Shown: positions 1 through 7,655 of the stretch, piece by piece
Numbering within the stretch: the first letter of the stretch is position 1
Layout of the letters: every line of letters starts with the position of its first letter
Virus record (IMG/VR): IMGVR_UViG_3300034095_000063
Coordinates: 1 to 37,590 of that record
Length of the DNA: 37,590 nucleotides
Origin: a virus
Taxonomy: Duplodnaviria; Caudoviricetes
Strand: one strand, 5' to 3'
The notes under the pieces: model-generated
The model's input: only the letters and a program-made list of their open reading frames with translations
What the model was told of the DNA's origin: nothing
Databases searched by the model: none
Program-made: the position numbers and the translations under genes

Positions 1-129
1 ACACATACTATAGTATCACTCATACCATAATAAGTCAAGGGCTTTCTACCGTAAGAGGAATACTTAGGTCTACCTTTCATGAAGCTACGACCTTGCCAAT
101 AGGTAGGCATGTTTAGTAAAACTAGCAGT
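1..129. repeat. Terminal direct repeat (copy 1); probably circular-assembly overlap
   Basis: 1-129 matches 37462-37590 (exact from 4-129, one mismatch at position 3); it lies inside the primase ORF, which reads through the junction. Confidence 0.9.
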
Positions 130-422
130 TGATTCTTCACATCCCACCCCATCTTTGAGTCAGTAATTTCATCGTTAGTAATTCCATATTTAAGTAACCA
201 TTGTTTAGGTTCTTTAGGTAAATCATAAGTAAGAGTTGGAGAGTTAGACGGATTAGTAATAGGGATACTATCTCTACTATTTACTCTCTCACGTATTGAC
301 TTTATGTCATCTTTGTGCTTAGTATACTTACACCCAAAGCAAAAGAAGTGATCATCATACTCAGCTAAATTGTCCTTACTACCACACTTTGGACAAGGCA
401 GATGTCTAATGAATTGTGCCAT
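1..422 (-). CDS. DNA primase, N-terminal part (Zn-binding domain); continues across the junction into 37461..37185
   Basis: ATG at 422 reads MAQFIRHLPCPKCGSKDNLAEYDDHFFCFGCKY (T7-gp4-like Cys4 Zn finger) and stays in frame with MPTYWQGRSF at 110, the same sequence as ORF 37185..37571. Confidence 0.85.
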   Translation of the reverse strand, partial: MAQFIRHLPCPKCGSKDNLAEYDDHFFCFGCKYTKHKDDIKSIRERVNSRDSIPITNPSNSPTLTYDLPKEPKQWLLKYGITNDEITDSKMGWDVKNQLLVLLNMPTYWQGRSFMKGRPKYSSYGRKPLTYYGMSDTIVC

Positions 423-430
423 AACTTCTC

Positions 431-625
431 CTAATTTCCATTAACTTCTGGTATCTCCTCTGATTCAATGGAAACAACAGTCTCTAAATCCTTACGACTA
501 GTGCTCGGAACTTCGTCCCTCACAGTGAAATAACAGTCACTACAAAGATCTAGGTAGACCCCATGATGGTCTTTACGAGTAGCTTCGTAGTCACTTAATT
601 CACAATCACACGCTTGACATCTCAT
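431..625 (-). CDS. Small Zn-ribbon hypothetical protein
   Basis: CQAC...CSDC motifs; likely start ATG 625 overlapping the upstream stop. Confidence 0.65.
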   Translation of the reverse strand: MRCQACDCELSDYEATRKDHHGVYLDLCSDCYFTVRDEVPSTSRKDLETVVSIESEEIPEVNGN

Positions 626-774
626 GCTCCGCACTCCACACATTTTGGTTTAGTAAGTTCACTTCGTTTTTGTTCTACATACTTAAAGATAATAGCAATA
701 AGTTCATCATCATTAATGTAGTGCATAGCTAAGATTGTATCTAAGTCACTTAGTATTTCTAATGCATCATTCAT
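622..774 (-). CDS. Hypothetical protein (50 aa)
   Basis: Hand-translated MNDALEILSDLDTILAMHY...KCVECGA*; SD AAGGAG upstream; below the ORF-track cutoff. Confidence 0.6.
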   Translation of the reverse strand: MNDALEILSDLDTILAMHYINDDELIAIIFKYVEQKRSELTKPKCVECGA

Positions 775-861
775 TTAGTTCTCCTTTAGTAAATGGGTGG
801 GGTACTTATAACACCTTGCATAGTTCATCACAACTACTGGTGTTACTTTCCCCCATAAACT

Positions 862-1638
862 TTAATTTAAATAATCTTTGAAAGCTTGTGCATATTTTAC
901 TAACGTAGTTCCAGTAAGACCTGGAGCAGTGTTGACTTCAAATAAGAAGACTTTGTTGTCACGTTCTCGATAACCAATGTCAACAGCACCGAAGTCTAGA
1001 CCTAGAATCTTAACAGCCTTGATAGCTGCTTGCTCTATTTCTACTGGATAGTTAATGTCAGCACGAGCGTAGACATAACCGTTAGAGTGATTACGAATGC
1101 CTGTGTCACCACCAGTCCAATTAAGTCTACGTTTCTTTTGCTGAACATCTATGACCGACTCTCTGAATACATGAACACGATACTCATACTTATGTTTAGT
1201 ACCAAGAGTATACAAAGGTGCTTCGACTAGATCAATGATGTTCTTAGCTATTACTATACCACCTCCGCTGTGACTTGTCAAGGAAGTTCTACAATAGATA
1301 GACTCCTTGCCTAATCGTTCGCCCCCTTCTGTAGCTATGTAGAGCATGTTAGATGCATCATACCTAGTGGTACAATAGTTGGGTAGATAGGGATACTCAT
1401 TCTCATACAACAGATCAAAGGTCTTAAGCTTGTTACATGCAATAGCAATAGCACTGTGCTTATTTAGATCCTTCTCCGCATAAGGTACACTCTCCGACGG
1501 AGTAGAGTTGCCCCAGTTAATGATGATGTCCCGTCGTTTAGCCTCATATGTAGGGCGGATACGTTTAATGCCTAGAGCATTAGCTAGAGCTTTACCTGAC
1601 ATAGAGCCCATCTTGTATGGGAATAGTTTAAAAGTCAT
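862..1638 (-). CDS. ATP-grasp ligase (RimK/glutathione-synthetase-like)
   Basis: INWG, NKLKTF, EYRVHV, LGLDFGAVDI and FEVNTAPG motifs typical of ATP-grasp enzymes. Confidence 0.85.
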   Translation of the reverse strand: MTFKLFPYKMGSMSGKALANALGIKRIRPTYEAKRRDIIINWGNSTPSESVPYAEKDLNKHSAIAIACNKLKTFDLLYENEYPYLPNYCTTRYDASNMLYIATEGGERLGKESIYCRTSLTSHSGGGIVIAKNIIDLVEAPLYTLGTKHKYEYRVHVFRESVIDVQQKKRRLNWTGGDTGIRNHSNGYVYARADINYPVEIEQAAIKAVKILGLDFGAVDIGYRERDNKVFLFEVNTAPGLTGTTLVKYAQAFKDYLN

Positions 1639-2008
1639 ACACTACCTCCTTCTGTTTGAGTTTAGCTAACTGACGTTGCTTGAATCTAGTCTCCATCTGT
1701 TTAATCTTGATTGCAATACCACGCAACCTAGGATCATCAGGTAAAGGGTTAGCCTTAACATCTATACCAAGAGGACCTAACTTAGCTTCGTATGCATCTA
1801 GATTATACCCTCGAGAGGTAAGACAGATACCACCACATGTGTGGAAGTTCTGCTTATCTTCATGATCCCATTCAATAGATATTATACCCTCTACACCTCT
1901 ATCCATATGAAACTTAAGGACAGTCCCTGTCATACCTGCTAAGAAAGTTACATTATCATACTCAAAGTCATCTGTTACTACAACTTTATCACCTCTATTA
2001 TATTCCAT
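1628..2008 (-). CDS. Hypothetical protein
   Basis: 126-aa ORF tightly packed within the operon. Confidence 0.7.
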   Translation of the reverse strand: MEYNRGDKVVVTDDFEYDNVTFLAGMTGTVLKFHMDRGVEGIISIEWDHEDKQNFHTCGGICLTSRGYNLDAYEAKLGPLGIDVKANPLPDDPRLRGIAIKIKQMETRFKQRQLAKLKQKEVVYDF

Positions 2009-2010
2009 GA

Positions 2011-2919
2011 TTAGATTACTCCATAAGGATAAACAACTACTGGTTCTACTGGTGCCTCATAATCTTCTTCTAATAACTCAATGTCCATGAACTTGATGTT
2101 GTAGAGGAAGTTAGGAACATCAGAACCTTCATCAGCTGAGTCAGCCATTAAGTCTACTGAGTAGTCACGATTAACTGCAACGATCTCCCATACAGAATCT
2201 TTAGGGAAGTATGACCTAGTGCCAGCATCATACTGTCCACTAAGCAGAGTCACTAACTCACCTAGTGCTATGTTCTCTTTCTTGTAAGCCCAAGTTTGTT
2301 TGTTATCGTAGTAACGATTAGTAAGAAAAGAAGCTTGACGAGGTGGATAATATGTGCTAGGTGGTGGTGGAACATAAGGTGGTGGTTTCTTGTAACTAGA
2401 ATTAGAATACCATACATCGTTATCCCATACACCCTTGTCTTCATTGAAGATCTTAGTATTACCTGTGTTATCCATAAAGATTAGCTTGGAGTAACCGATA
2501 CGAGCCTCAATAAGTTTTTGTACTGGATCTTGGAATAAACCTAAGTTGCCCCACTTGTCAACGAATGGTTGTAGTATATCCTCATTGAATAACCAAGTGT
2601 CAGACTTAGCTGGATCAGTGTACCCTGAGATCATACCATTGTGCACGAATGCAAAGTTGTCATTGATCTTGTATGGATGACAGTTAGCCTCATTGATTAA
2701 GCCGTGAGTCTTGATACGGAAATGTATCACACACTCTTTCTTCTTATCTCTACGGTAAGACTTCCAGAAGTCAGCGAAAGAGAAGAAACCTTTCTTGACA
2801 TACAGTTTGTCATTCTTATGGAACATATAGCCAGCACCATCAGAGTTAGCTTTGTAACACTGAGCTAGAGTTTCTTGAGGAATCTCTTTACCCTCTGGTT
2901 TATAAATAGCGATACACAT
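2011..2919 (-). CDS. Class II (Ntn) glutamine amidotransferase
   Basis: N-terminal MCIAI nucleophile Cys; NSDGAG, HFRIKTHG, NCHPY, HNGMI and SDT motifs. Confidence 0.88.
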   Translation of the reverse strand: MCIAIYKPEGKEIPQETLAQCYKANSDGAGYMFHKNDKLYVKKGFFSFADFWKSYRRDKKKECVIHFRIKTHGLINEANCHPYKINDNFAFVHNGMISGYTDPAKSDTWLFNEDILQPFVDKWGNLGLFQDPVQKLIEARIGYSKLIFMDNTGNTKIFNEDKGVWDNDVWYSNSSYKKPPPYVPPPPSTYYPPRQASFLTNRYYDNKQTWAYKKENIALGELVTLLSGQYDAGTRSYFPKDSVWEIVAVNRDYSVDLMADSADEGSDVPNFLYNIKFMDIELLEEDYEAPVEPVVVYPYGVI

Positions 2920-4472
2920 TATGCGAATCCTTTCAAGCAGTTAGATAATTCAGGATATGATTTACGATTGTTAAGGACCCAATGCATAAAGCTACGATGT
3001 CCTGTAAGTTGTTTGAGTGGCATATTAACTTGAGCTGGTTGACAGTAGTCAGTCAATGCTTGACAGAACTCTAGTCTAGCAGAGAACTCCTCCCAATTCT
3101 TAGGTGTGCTAAAGATACGGAACTCAATAGTATCACGATTAGATAAGTTAAGTGCATTGTATCGTTCACCTTGTTGCCCATTAATGAATGGGAATGTAAC
3201 AGATCGACCAGTAATCCTAGCATACTGATTGTCAATACGACCAGCGATGTGAGCAATGAATGCTTTGTTATCCATACGATTAAGGAACTCTGTCATCTTA
3301 CCAATAGTAAATACATTAAGAGGCTTACGACTCACATGCACATGCATACCTGTGTTCTTGTCAGGGAATAGACCAAGAGAACCATATGAACTATAGAACT
3401 TCTTGAACTCTTCTAAGTGGATATCTAGAGTAGCAGGACAAGTAACAATCTCAAAGCCATTCTTGATAGAGCCATCGTGTTTCATAATGGCATGACCCTG
3501 TAAAGCTTTACCTACCTTGATCTTAGATACATCACGATCAGATGACTCATACTCTAACTCTATACCTAGATATACAGTAGAAGGTTTAACATTCTTAGCC
3601 TTGAACTTAAGAATCTCAGGAACTTTGGTGCTATAGTTATGAATCCTGTATAGAGTCTCATTACATTTGAAACATGCCCCATCTATGATAGATAAGTCAG
3701 GCACTTCGTTGTGGCATACAGGACACTCACACATAGTAACTTCACTACGTTTGTATACTCTACCTTGGATGAAGCACTCGTCATCACGAAGAAAGATATA
3801 GCCGTGACGATACTCGTGACGAGAGAATCCATAATCAGTAGGTGAAAGAGCACCATTTACCATACAAATACCTTCAGAGAACTCATAGTTTCTACCTAAG
3901 TAATAAGGTAATACTGTTCCTGTCAAGTGGCATTTGAATAATTCTATATTATAGTTGTTGCTCATGTGGTTTACAAGAGCATCAGCATCTGCAACAATTG
4001 CATCAGGTTGAGCAGATATAGCTATGTTAAGTAACTCATGAGTGTAACCACTCTTACACCATCTCTCTGAGTTTAGACGTTTAGATATTGCTTTGTATAT
4101 ACCTTTACGAAGTGCCCCAGTCTTTGATGTTAGTTTAACGGGATTGGATTTGTAATACATAGCATCTATTATAGCATGCTCACCATCCCAACTGTTACGA
4201 ATCTTAACTAAGCCAGCAGCTGCTGCTATAGTTGAATTGTAATCACGATACCAACCAGTGTGACTAATTGATATTACATGATACCATTCTTCATTGATAA
4301 TTGCCATATCTCTTGTAAGAGCCATAGCACTACCTTTGACATAATATTTCTTAAGTGTTACTTCTGTTCCATAACTATTGTAGCCCTCTACAATCTCCAT
4401 CTTAAAGTCTGGATGTAGATTAGGGATTTCATAATCATAGTTCCTAAATTGACTTTGGGTAAACGGTCTCAT
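2919..4472 (-). CDS. Putative amidoligase (COOH-NH2 ligase, glutamine-synthetase-like fold) with a long N-terminal extension
   Basis: GIELEYE, HDGSI..GFEIVT, TGMHVHV, RYNALN and TIEFRIF motifs; CPVC...CFKC just upstream of the ligase domain. Confidence 0.82.
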   Translation of the reverse strand: MRPFTQSQFRNYDYEIPNLHPDFKMEIVEGYNSYGTEVTLKKYYVKGSAMALTRDMAIINEEWYHVISISHTGWYRDYNSTIAAAAGLVKIRNSWDGEHAIIDAMYYKSNPVKLTSKTGALRKGIYKAISKRLNSERWCKSGYTHELLNIAISAQPDAIVADADALVNHMSNNYNIELFKCHLTGTVLPYYLGRNYEFSEGICMVNGALSPTDYGFSRHEYRHGYIFLRDDECFIQGRVYKRSEVTMCECPVCHNEVPDLSIIDGACFKCNETLYRIHNYSTKVPEILKFKAKNVKPSTVYLGIELEYESSDRDVSKIKVGKALQGHAIMKHDGSIKNGFEIVTCPATLDIHLEEFKKFYSSYGSLGLFPDKNTGMHVHVSRKPLNVFTIGKMTEFLNRMDNKAFIAHIAGRIDNQYARITGRSVTFPFINGQQGERYNALNLSNRDTIEFRIFSTPKNWEEFSARLEFCQALTDYCQPAQVNMPLKQLTGHRSFMHWVLNNRKSYPELSNCLKGFA

Positions 4473-4629
4473 TTACTTGCTCCTTAGTTGTTGATAAACT
4501 CGATACTAACTGTATCAAGGTCTTACGGTCTATACTACTACTACTTTTAGGAAGCCTTTTAAACTTCTTAAAATATGCATGACAGTATATCTCATTAAGA
4601 GTATCTGTCGAATAGCTAGAGAGATTCAT
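4444..4629 (-). CDS. Hypothetical protein
   Basis: 61-aa ORF with a purine-rich GGAGAAAGGG upstream; co-oriented with the operon. Confidence 0.5.
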   Translation of the reverse strand: MNLSSYSTDTLNEIYCHAYFKKFKRLPKSSSSIDRKTLIQLVSSLSTTKEQVNETVYPKSI

Positions 4630-4768
4630 AATAATCCCTTTCTCCTGTTAAAATACTGTGTTCCCCATTCCTATCCGTAAGGACTACATAACATACATTT
4701 GATGAAATGTCAACAGATATAAGAATAATTAACACACTCACTAATACTAATAGAAGTTTCATATTAGA

Positions 4769-4906
4769 TTATAACTTGTAATCGAAGAACTTACTAGATC
4801 TAGCTTTAGCTTTTCTCCGTTCTAAGATACTAATACAAAAATCACATACAGCAAACACACCGATAAGAAACATAATAAATACACACAATAAGATGTAGTT
4901 TTCCAT
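4769..4906 (-). CDS. Small putative membrane protein (45 aa)
   Basis: Hand-translated MENYILLCVFIMFLIGVFAVCDFCISILERRKAK...: hydrophobic helix plus basic tail. Confidence 0.5.
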   Translation of the reverse strand: MENYILLCVFIMFLIGVFAVCDFCISILERRKAKARSSKFFDYKL

Positions 4907-4907
4907 T

Positions 4908-5087
4908 TTAATATCCCCATTGCTCTTTTGATATTCTATTTCTAAAGATATCTACTTCTTTATAGATATCATCTAAGCCTATGTTGATAGGCTCACTATC
5001 TAACATTCTCCAACCTTCTTGCCAGAGATAATCAGACAGCTCAATTACTGGCTGAATCTCGTTGGTATATTTATTTATAACTCTCAT
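4908..5087 (-). CDS. Hypothetical protein (59 aa)
   Basis: Hand-translated MRVINKYTNEIQPVIELSDYLWQEGW...; SD AAGGAG upstream. Confidence 0.55.
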   Translation of the reverse strand: MRVINKYTNEIQPVIELSDYLWQEGWRMLDSEPINIGLDDIYKEVDIFRNRISKEQWGY

Positions 5088-5091
5088 GTGA

Positions 5092-5271
5092 TTAAATCTC
5101 CTTAATATAATTCATAGAGAAAGAGGAACAATCCCCATATGTTTGGGATAACTTCTTATTAGCCTGTTTAACTGCATCTTCCATAGATTGAGCTTCTATA
5201 TAGAACTCTACTTCTCTATGGAACTTATTAATTCTACTTATAAACAACACTTCATAACTAATCAACCCCAT
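5092..5271 (-). CDS. Hypothetical protein (59 aa)
   Basis: 3' part of track ORF 5092..5379; probable start MGLISYEV at 5271. Confidence 0.55.
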   Translation of the reverse strand: MGLISYEVLFISRINKFHREVEFYIEAQSMEDAVKQANKKLSQTYGDCSSFSMNYIKEI

Positions 5272-5350
5272 ATATGACCGTCTCTTTCTCTCTCTACAAT
5301 TAATAGATAACTCGTTAGAGAGAACCGAAGTCCTCTCCAACTTAGCGTGA

Positions 5351-5587
5351 TTAGGCTGTAGTGCCATTACTGCGTTCACGAGCTTCAGCTAATTTCTTTG
5401 CTTGCGCACGAATGTTTGTTATTTCATCACGAGCATCCATTAGCTCTTGAAACAGAGGCGATTTGTAACGAAGCATAGTAGCTAACGCATCACCGAGCAA
5501 CTGCTCTGCTAGGTATAGTTTAAGTCCGCTGTTAGCGTTTGCCATTACCTTGTTGTATTCATTGAAATCAAATTGCTGTGTTGCCAT
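5351..5587 (-). CDS. Hypothetical helical protein (78 aa), probably the first early gene; lies in the left arm of the rod
   Basis: SD AAGGAG 7 nt before ATG; intact ORF MATQQFDFNEYNKVMANA... Confidence 0.8.
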   Translation of the reverse strand: MATQQFDFNEYNKVMANANSGLKLYLAEQLLGDALATMLRYKSPLFQELMDARDEITNIRAQAKKLAEARERSNGTTA

Positions 5588-5817
5588 GGTAGTTCTCCTT
5601 AGTTAATGCGGCGGTTGCCACAGCTGTTAGAAACACAAAGACGAGGCGATGTCAGGTGATCTAGCCTTAGCAGGCTGCTGAGACGTAGAACAATGGCGTG
5701 CCTTTTCGACATTGTTCTAGGTCTCTTGCAGATGCTTAGGCTAGAGCACTTGATGTTGACTCGGCTTTGTGTTTCTATCAGCGCATTGGGGCAACAGCTG
5801 CATTAACTTAGGAGAAC

Positions 5818-5997
5818 TTGGCAACACAGCAATTTGATTTCAATGAATGCGCTTACAACAAGGTAATGGCAAAGGATAACGGTGGTTACTTAAACTTCCT
5901 AGCAGTGCTGTTGCTCGGTGATGCGATTAGCTACATGCTTCGTTACAAATCGACTCTGTTTCAAGATAAAGCTAATGCGATGGTCGTGATGAAGTAA
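5818..5997 (+). pseudogene. Degenerate inverted copy of the 78-aa gene (open for 59 codons from TTG)
   Basis: Reads (M)ATQQFDFNECAYNKVMAKDNGGYLNFLAVLLLGDAISYMLRYKSTLFQDK...; the ATG is lost through a 4-nt deletion. Confidence 0.55.
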
Positions 5998-6547
5998 CGA
6001 ACTTCGATGCGCAAGCTAAGAAATTAGTTGAAGCTCGAGGGTTGAACGCAGTAATGGCACGGCATCAGCCTAATCACGCTAAGTTGGTTAGAGGACTCGG
6101 TTATCTCTAACTAAGAGTTATCTCTCTATAAAATTACTTTAAACAACAACAACTTATCTAGATATTAATACAACTACTAAATACCTATAGAGGTACCACA
6201 CTACACATATCTTCTTCACCTAACAGACAAGACAATATGATACGCATGAGTAACAGCTAGACAATGCTACTTAACATTGACTTCGTTACTAGGTCACACT
6301 ACTAGATCAACATAGGGGGGGGGTGTATATAGCACGGATGTGGATTTTAATGATGTATCACAACACACACAATAAAGGGTAAAATAGAACGTCTCTGCAT
6401 AATGTGCTATCTTTGAACAAGAGAGGAGGGAAGGAGAGGTGATATAGACTATATCGATCTGCGACATTACTACTTAGTAGAAATCTCTTTCTATTTTAAA
6501 ACAGGAGTTTTAGAAGTAGAGTTTCTCTAATTGATCAATATAAGAAT

Positions 6548-6576
6548 ATTATATCATATTTCTAATCTAAAGTCAA
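6548..6576 (-). promoter_or_regulatory. sigma70-type leftward (early arm) promoter
   Basis: TTGACT-17 nt-TATAAT with extended -10 TG. Confidence 0.8.
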
Positions 6577-6624
6577 TATCCTTTCTCTCAAATATAAATA
6601 TATTCTTTCCTCTTCATAATTTAC

Positions 6625-6653
6625 TTGACTTTTAGTTTCTTCTATGTTATAAT
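6625..6653 (+). promoter_or_regulatory. sigma70-type rightward promoter (packaging operon)
   Basis: TTGACT-17 nt-TATAAT with extended -10 TG. Confidence 0.8.
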
Positions 6654-6694
6654 GATTACATAGTTAGTTAGATTTTCTATTGGAGCGAAGCGAC

Positions 6695-6964
6695 ATGCCA
6701 TACATGACGAACGGCAAACGAGATTATAAAAAAGAGTTAGACTGGGAACACGAACAAAGTAAGAAGCGTGTTAAAGACCGTGCTGCTCGTAATAAGGCTC
6801 GTAAAGAAGCTGGACTTAAAGTAGGAGACTCTCGTCAAGCTGATCACAAGAAACCTCTAGACTCTGGTGGTTCTACTAAGAAGTCGAACGTACGAGTCGT
6901 CTCGGCTAAAGAGAATGCAATGAAAGAAGTAAAACGTAAACGTTCTAAACCAGGTAATAATTAA
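6695..6964 (+). CDS. Small HNH-type endonuclease-like protein, packaging-associated
   Basis: DHKKPLDSGGS...NVRVVS..N HNH-like motif; upstream of terminase; likely ATG 6695. Confidence 0.7.
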   Translation: MPYMTNGKRDYKKELDWEHEQSKKRVKDRAARNKARKEAGLKVGDSRQADHKKPLDSGGSTKKSNVRVVSAKENAMKEVKRKRSKPGNN

Positions 6965-6983
6965 TCAAAAAGGAATACTATAC

Positions 6984-7181
6984 ATGGCTACAAAACCAAC
7001 CACTACTACTACTATGGGCTACACAAAGAAACCTTTAGTTAAAACAATGCCAGTTGTTAAAGAAGCAGTACCTAGTGAGATTGCTGATAAAATGCAGACT
7101 ATGCAAAACAACAGAGCAGCTAAGAACTATACTAAAACAAATCCTTCAGGTTATGCTGGTATCTCTTTTGATAAAGACTAA
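6984..7181 (+). CDS. Hypothetical protein
   Basis: 65-aa ORF with SD AAGGA. Confidence 0.65.
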   Translation: MATKPTTTTTMGYTKKPLVKTMPVVKEAVPSEIADKMQTMQNNRAAKNYTKTNPSGYAGISFDKD

Positions 7182-7184
7182 TTA

Positions 7185-7655
7185 ATGGAAGAAACAATTT
7201 TAGATACGGCAAAGGCTACACAAAAGCCTCGTAGAAAAGGTAGGAGAAGTAGAGAGGAGACTAACAAGATTAGAGCTGCTCTTGGGTTAACCGTTAAGGT
7301 TGCTCCCCCTAAAAGGGACTACACTCCACCTGCTATTCTACCAGAGAAGACTAAGGCTAAGTCGCAAGAGATCCTTGCTGCTATGCTTACAGGTAAGAGT
7401 ACTCTTGTAGTAAAGAAAGTAATGGACAAAGCTTTAGATGACAACGACTCTGATCAGATGGCTTGTCTCAAACTGCTTATAGATCGTATGATCCCTACAT
7501 CTTATTTTGAGAAAGAGAATAAGGGTAACAAGGGGATTACTATTCAGATTATGGGCGTAGGTGAAGTAGGCATTAAAGAAAATGATGAAGAACCTATAGA
7601 AGCTGAGTACGTAAGTACGGATGAGTATGTAGAGGAGGAGCCAATAGATGGCTAA
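7185..7655 (+). CDS. Probable terminase small subunit
   Basis: Position immediately before TerL; basic N-terminus, helical core (ALD...QMACLKLLIDR). Confidence 0.65.
   Translation: MEETILDTAKATQKPRRKGRRSREETNKIRAALGLTVKVAPPKRDYTPPAILPEKTKAKSQEILAAMLTGKSTLVVKKVMDKALDDNDSDQMACLKLLIDRMIPTSYFEKENKGNKGITIQIMGVGEVGIKENDEEPIEAEYVSTDEYVEEEPIDG

Larger units (their letters stand above)
5305..6123 (+). repeat. Long imperfect inverted repeat / rod-like hairpin (arms 5305-5695 and 5710-6123, ~14-nt loop); candidate structured RNA or ssDNA
   Basis: Hand alignment: the right arm is the reverse complement of the left arm along its whole length, with 26 isolated substitutions and many small indels; apex TAGAACAATG/CATTGTTCTA. 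Confidence 0.95.

Noticed and set aside
1-129. Terminal repeat as a biological direct terminal repeat
   Set aside because: It falls mid-primase and its ~126-bp exact length is typical of assembler k-mer overlap; read as circularity only
4685-4713. Possible - strand promoter TTGACA-17-TATGTA
   Set aside because: Perfect -35, but the -10 lacks the conserved final T; plausible but not supported enough to list
5305-6123. Rod as an MDA/assembly fold-back chimera or protelomerase hairpin end
   Set aside because: Those give near-exact inverted copies; here the arms differ by dozens of strand-polarised changes, unique sequence continues on both sides, and no protelomerase is seen
5305-6123. Self-cleaving ribozyme (viroid/Obelisk-like) within the rod
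   Set aside because: No hammerhead core (CUGAUGA...GAAA) found by eye; an Infernal search is needed, so it is not claimed
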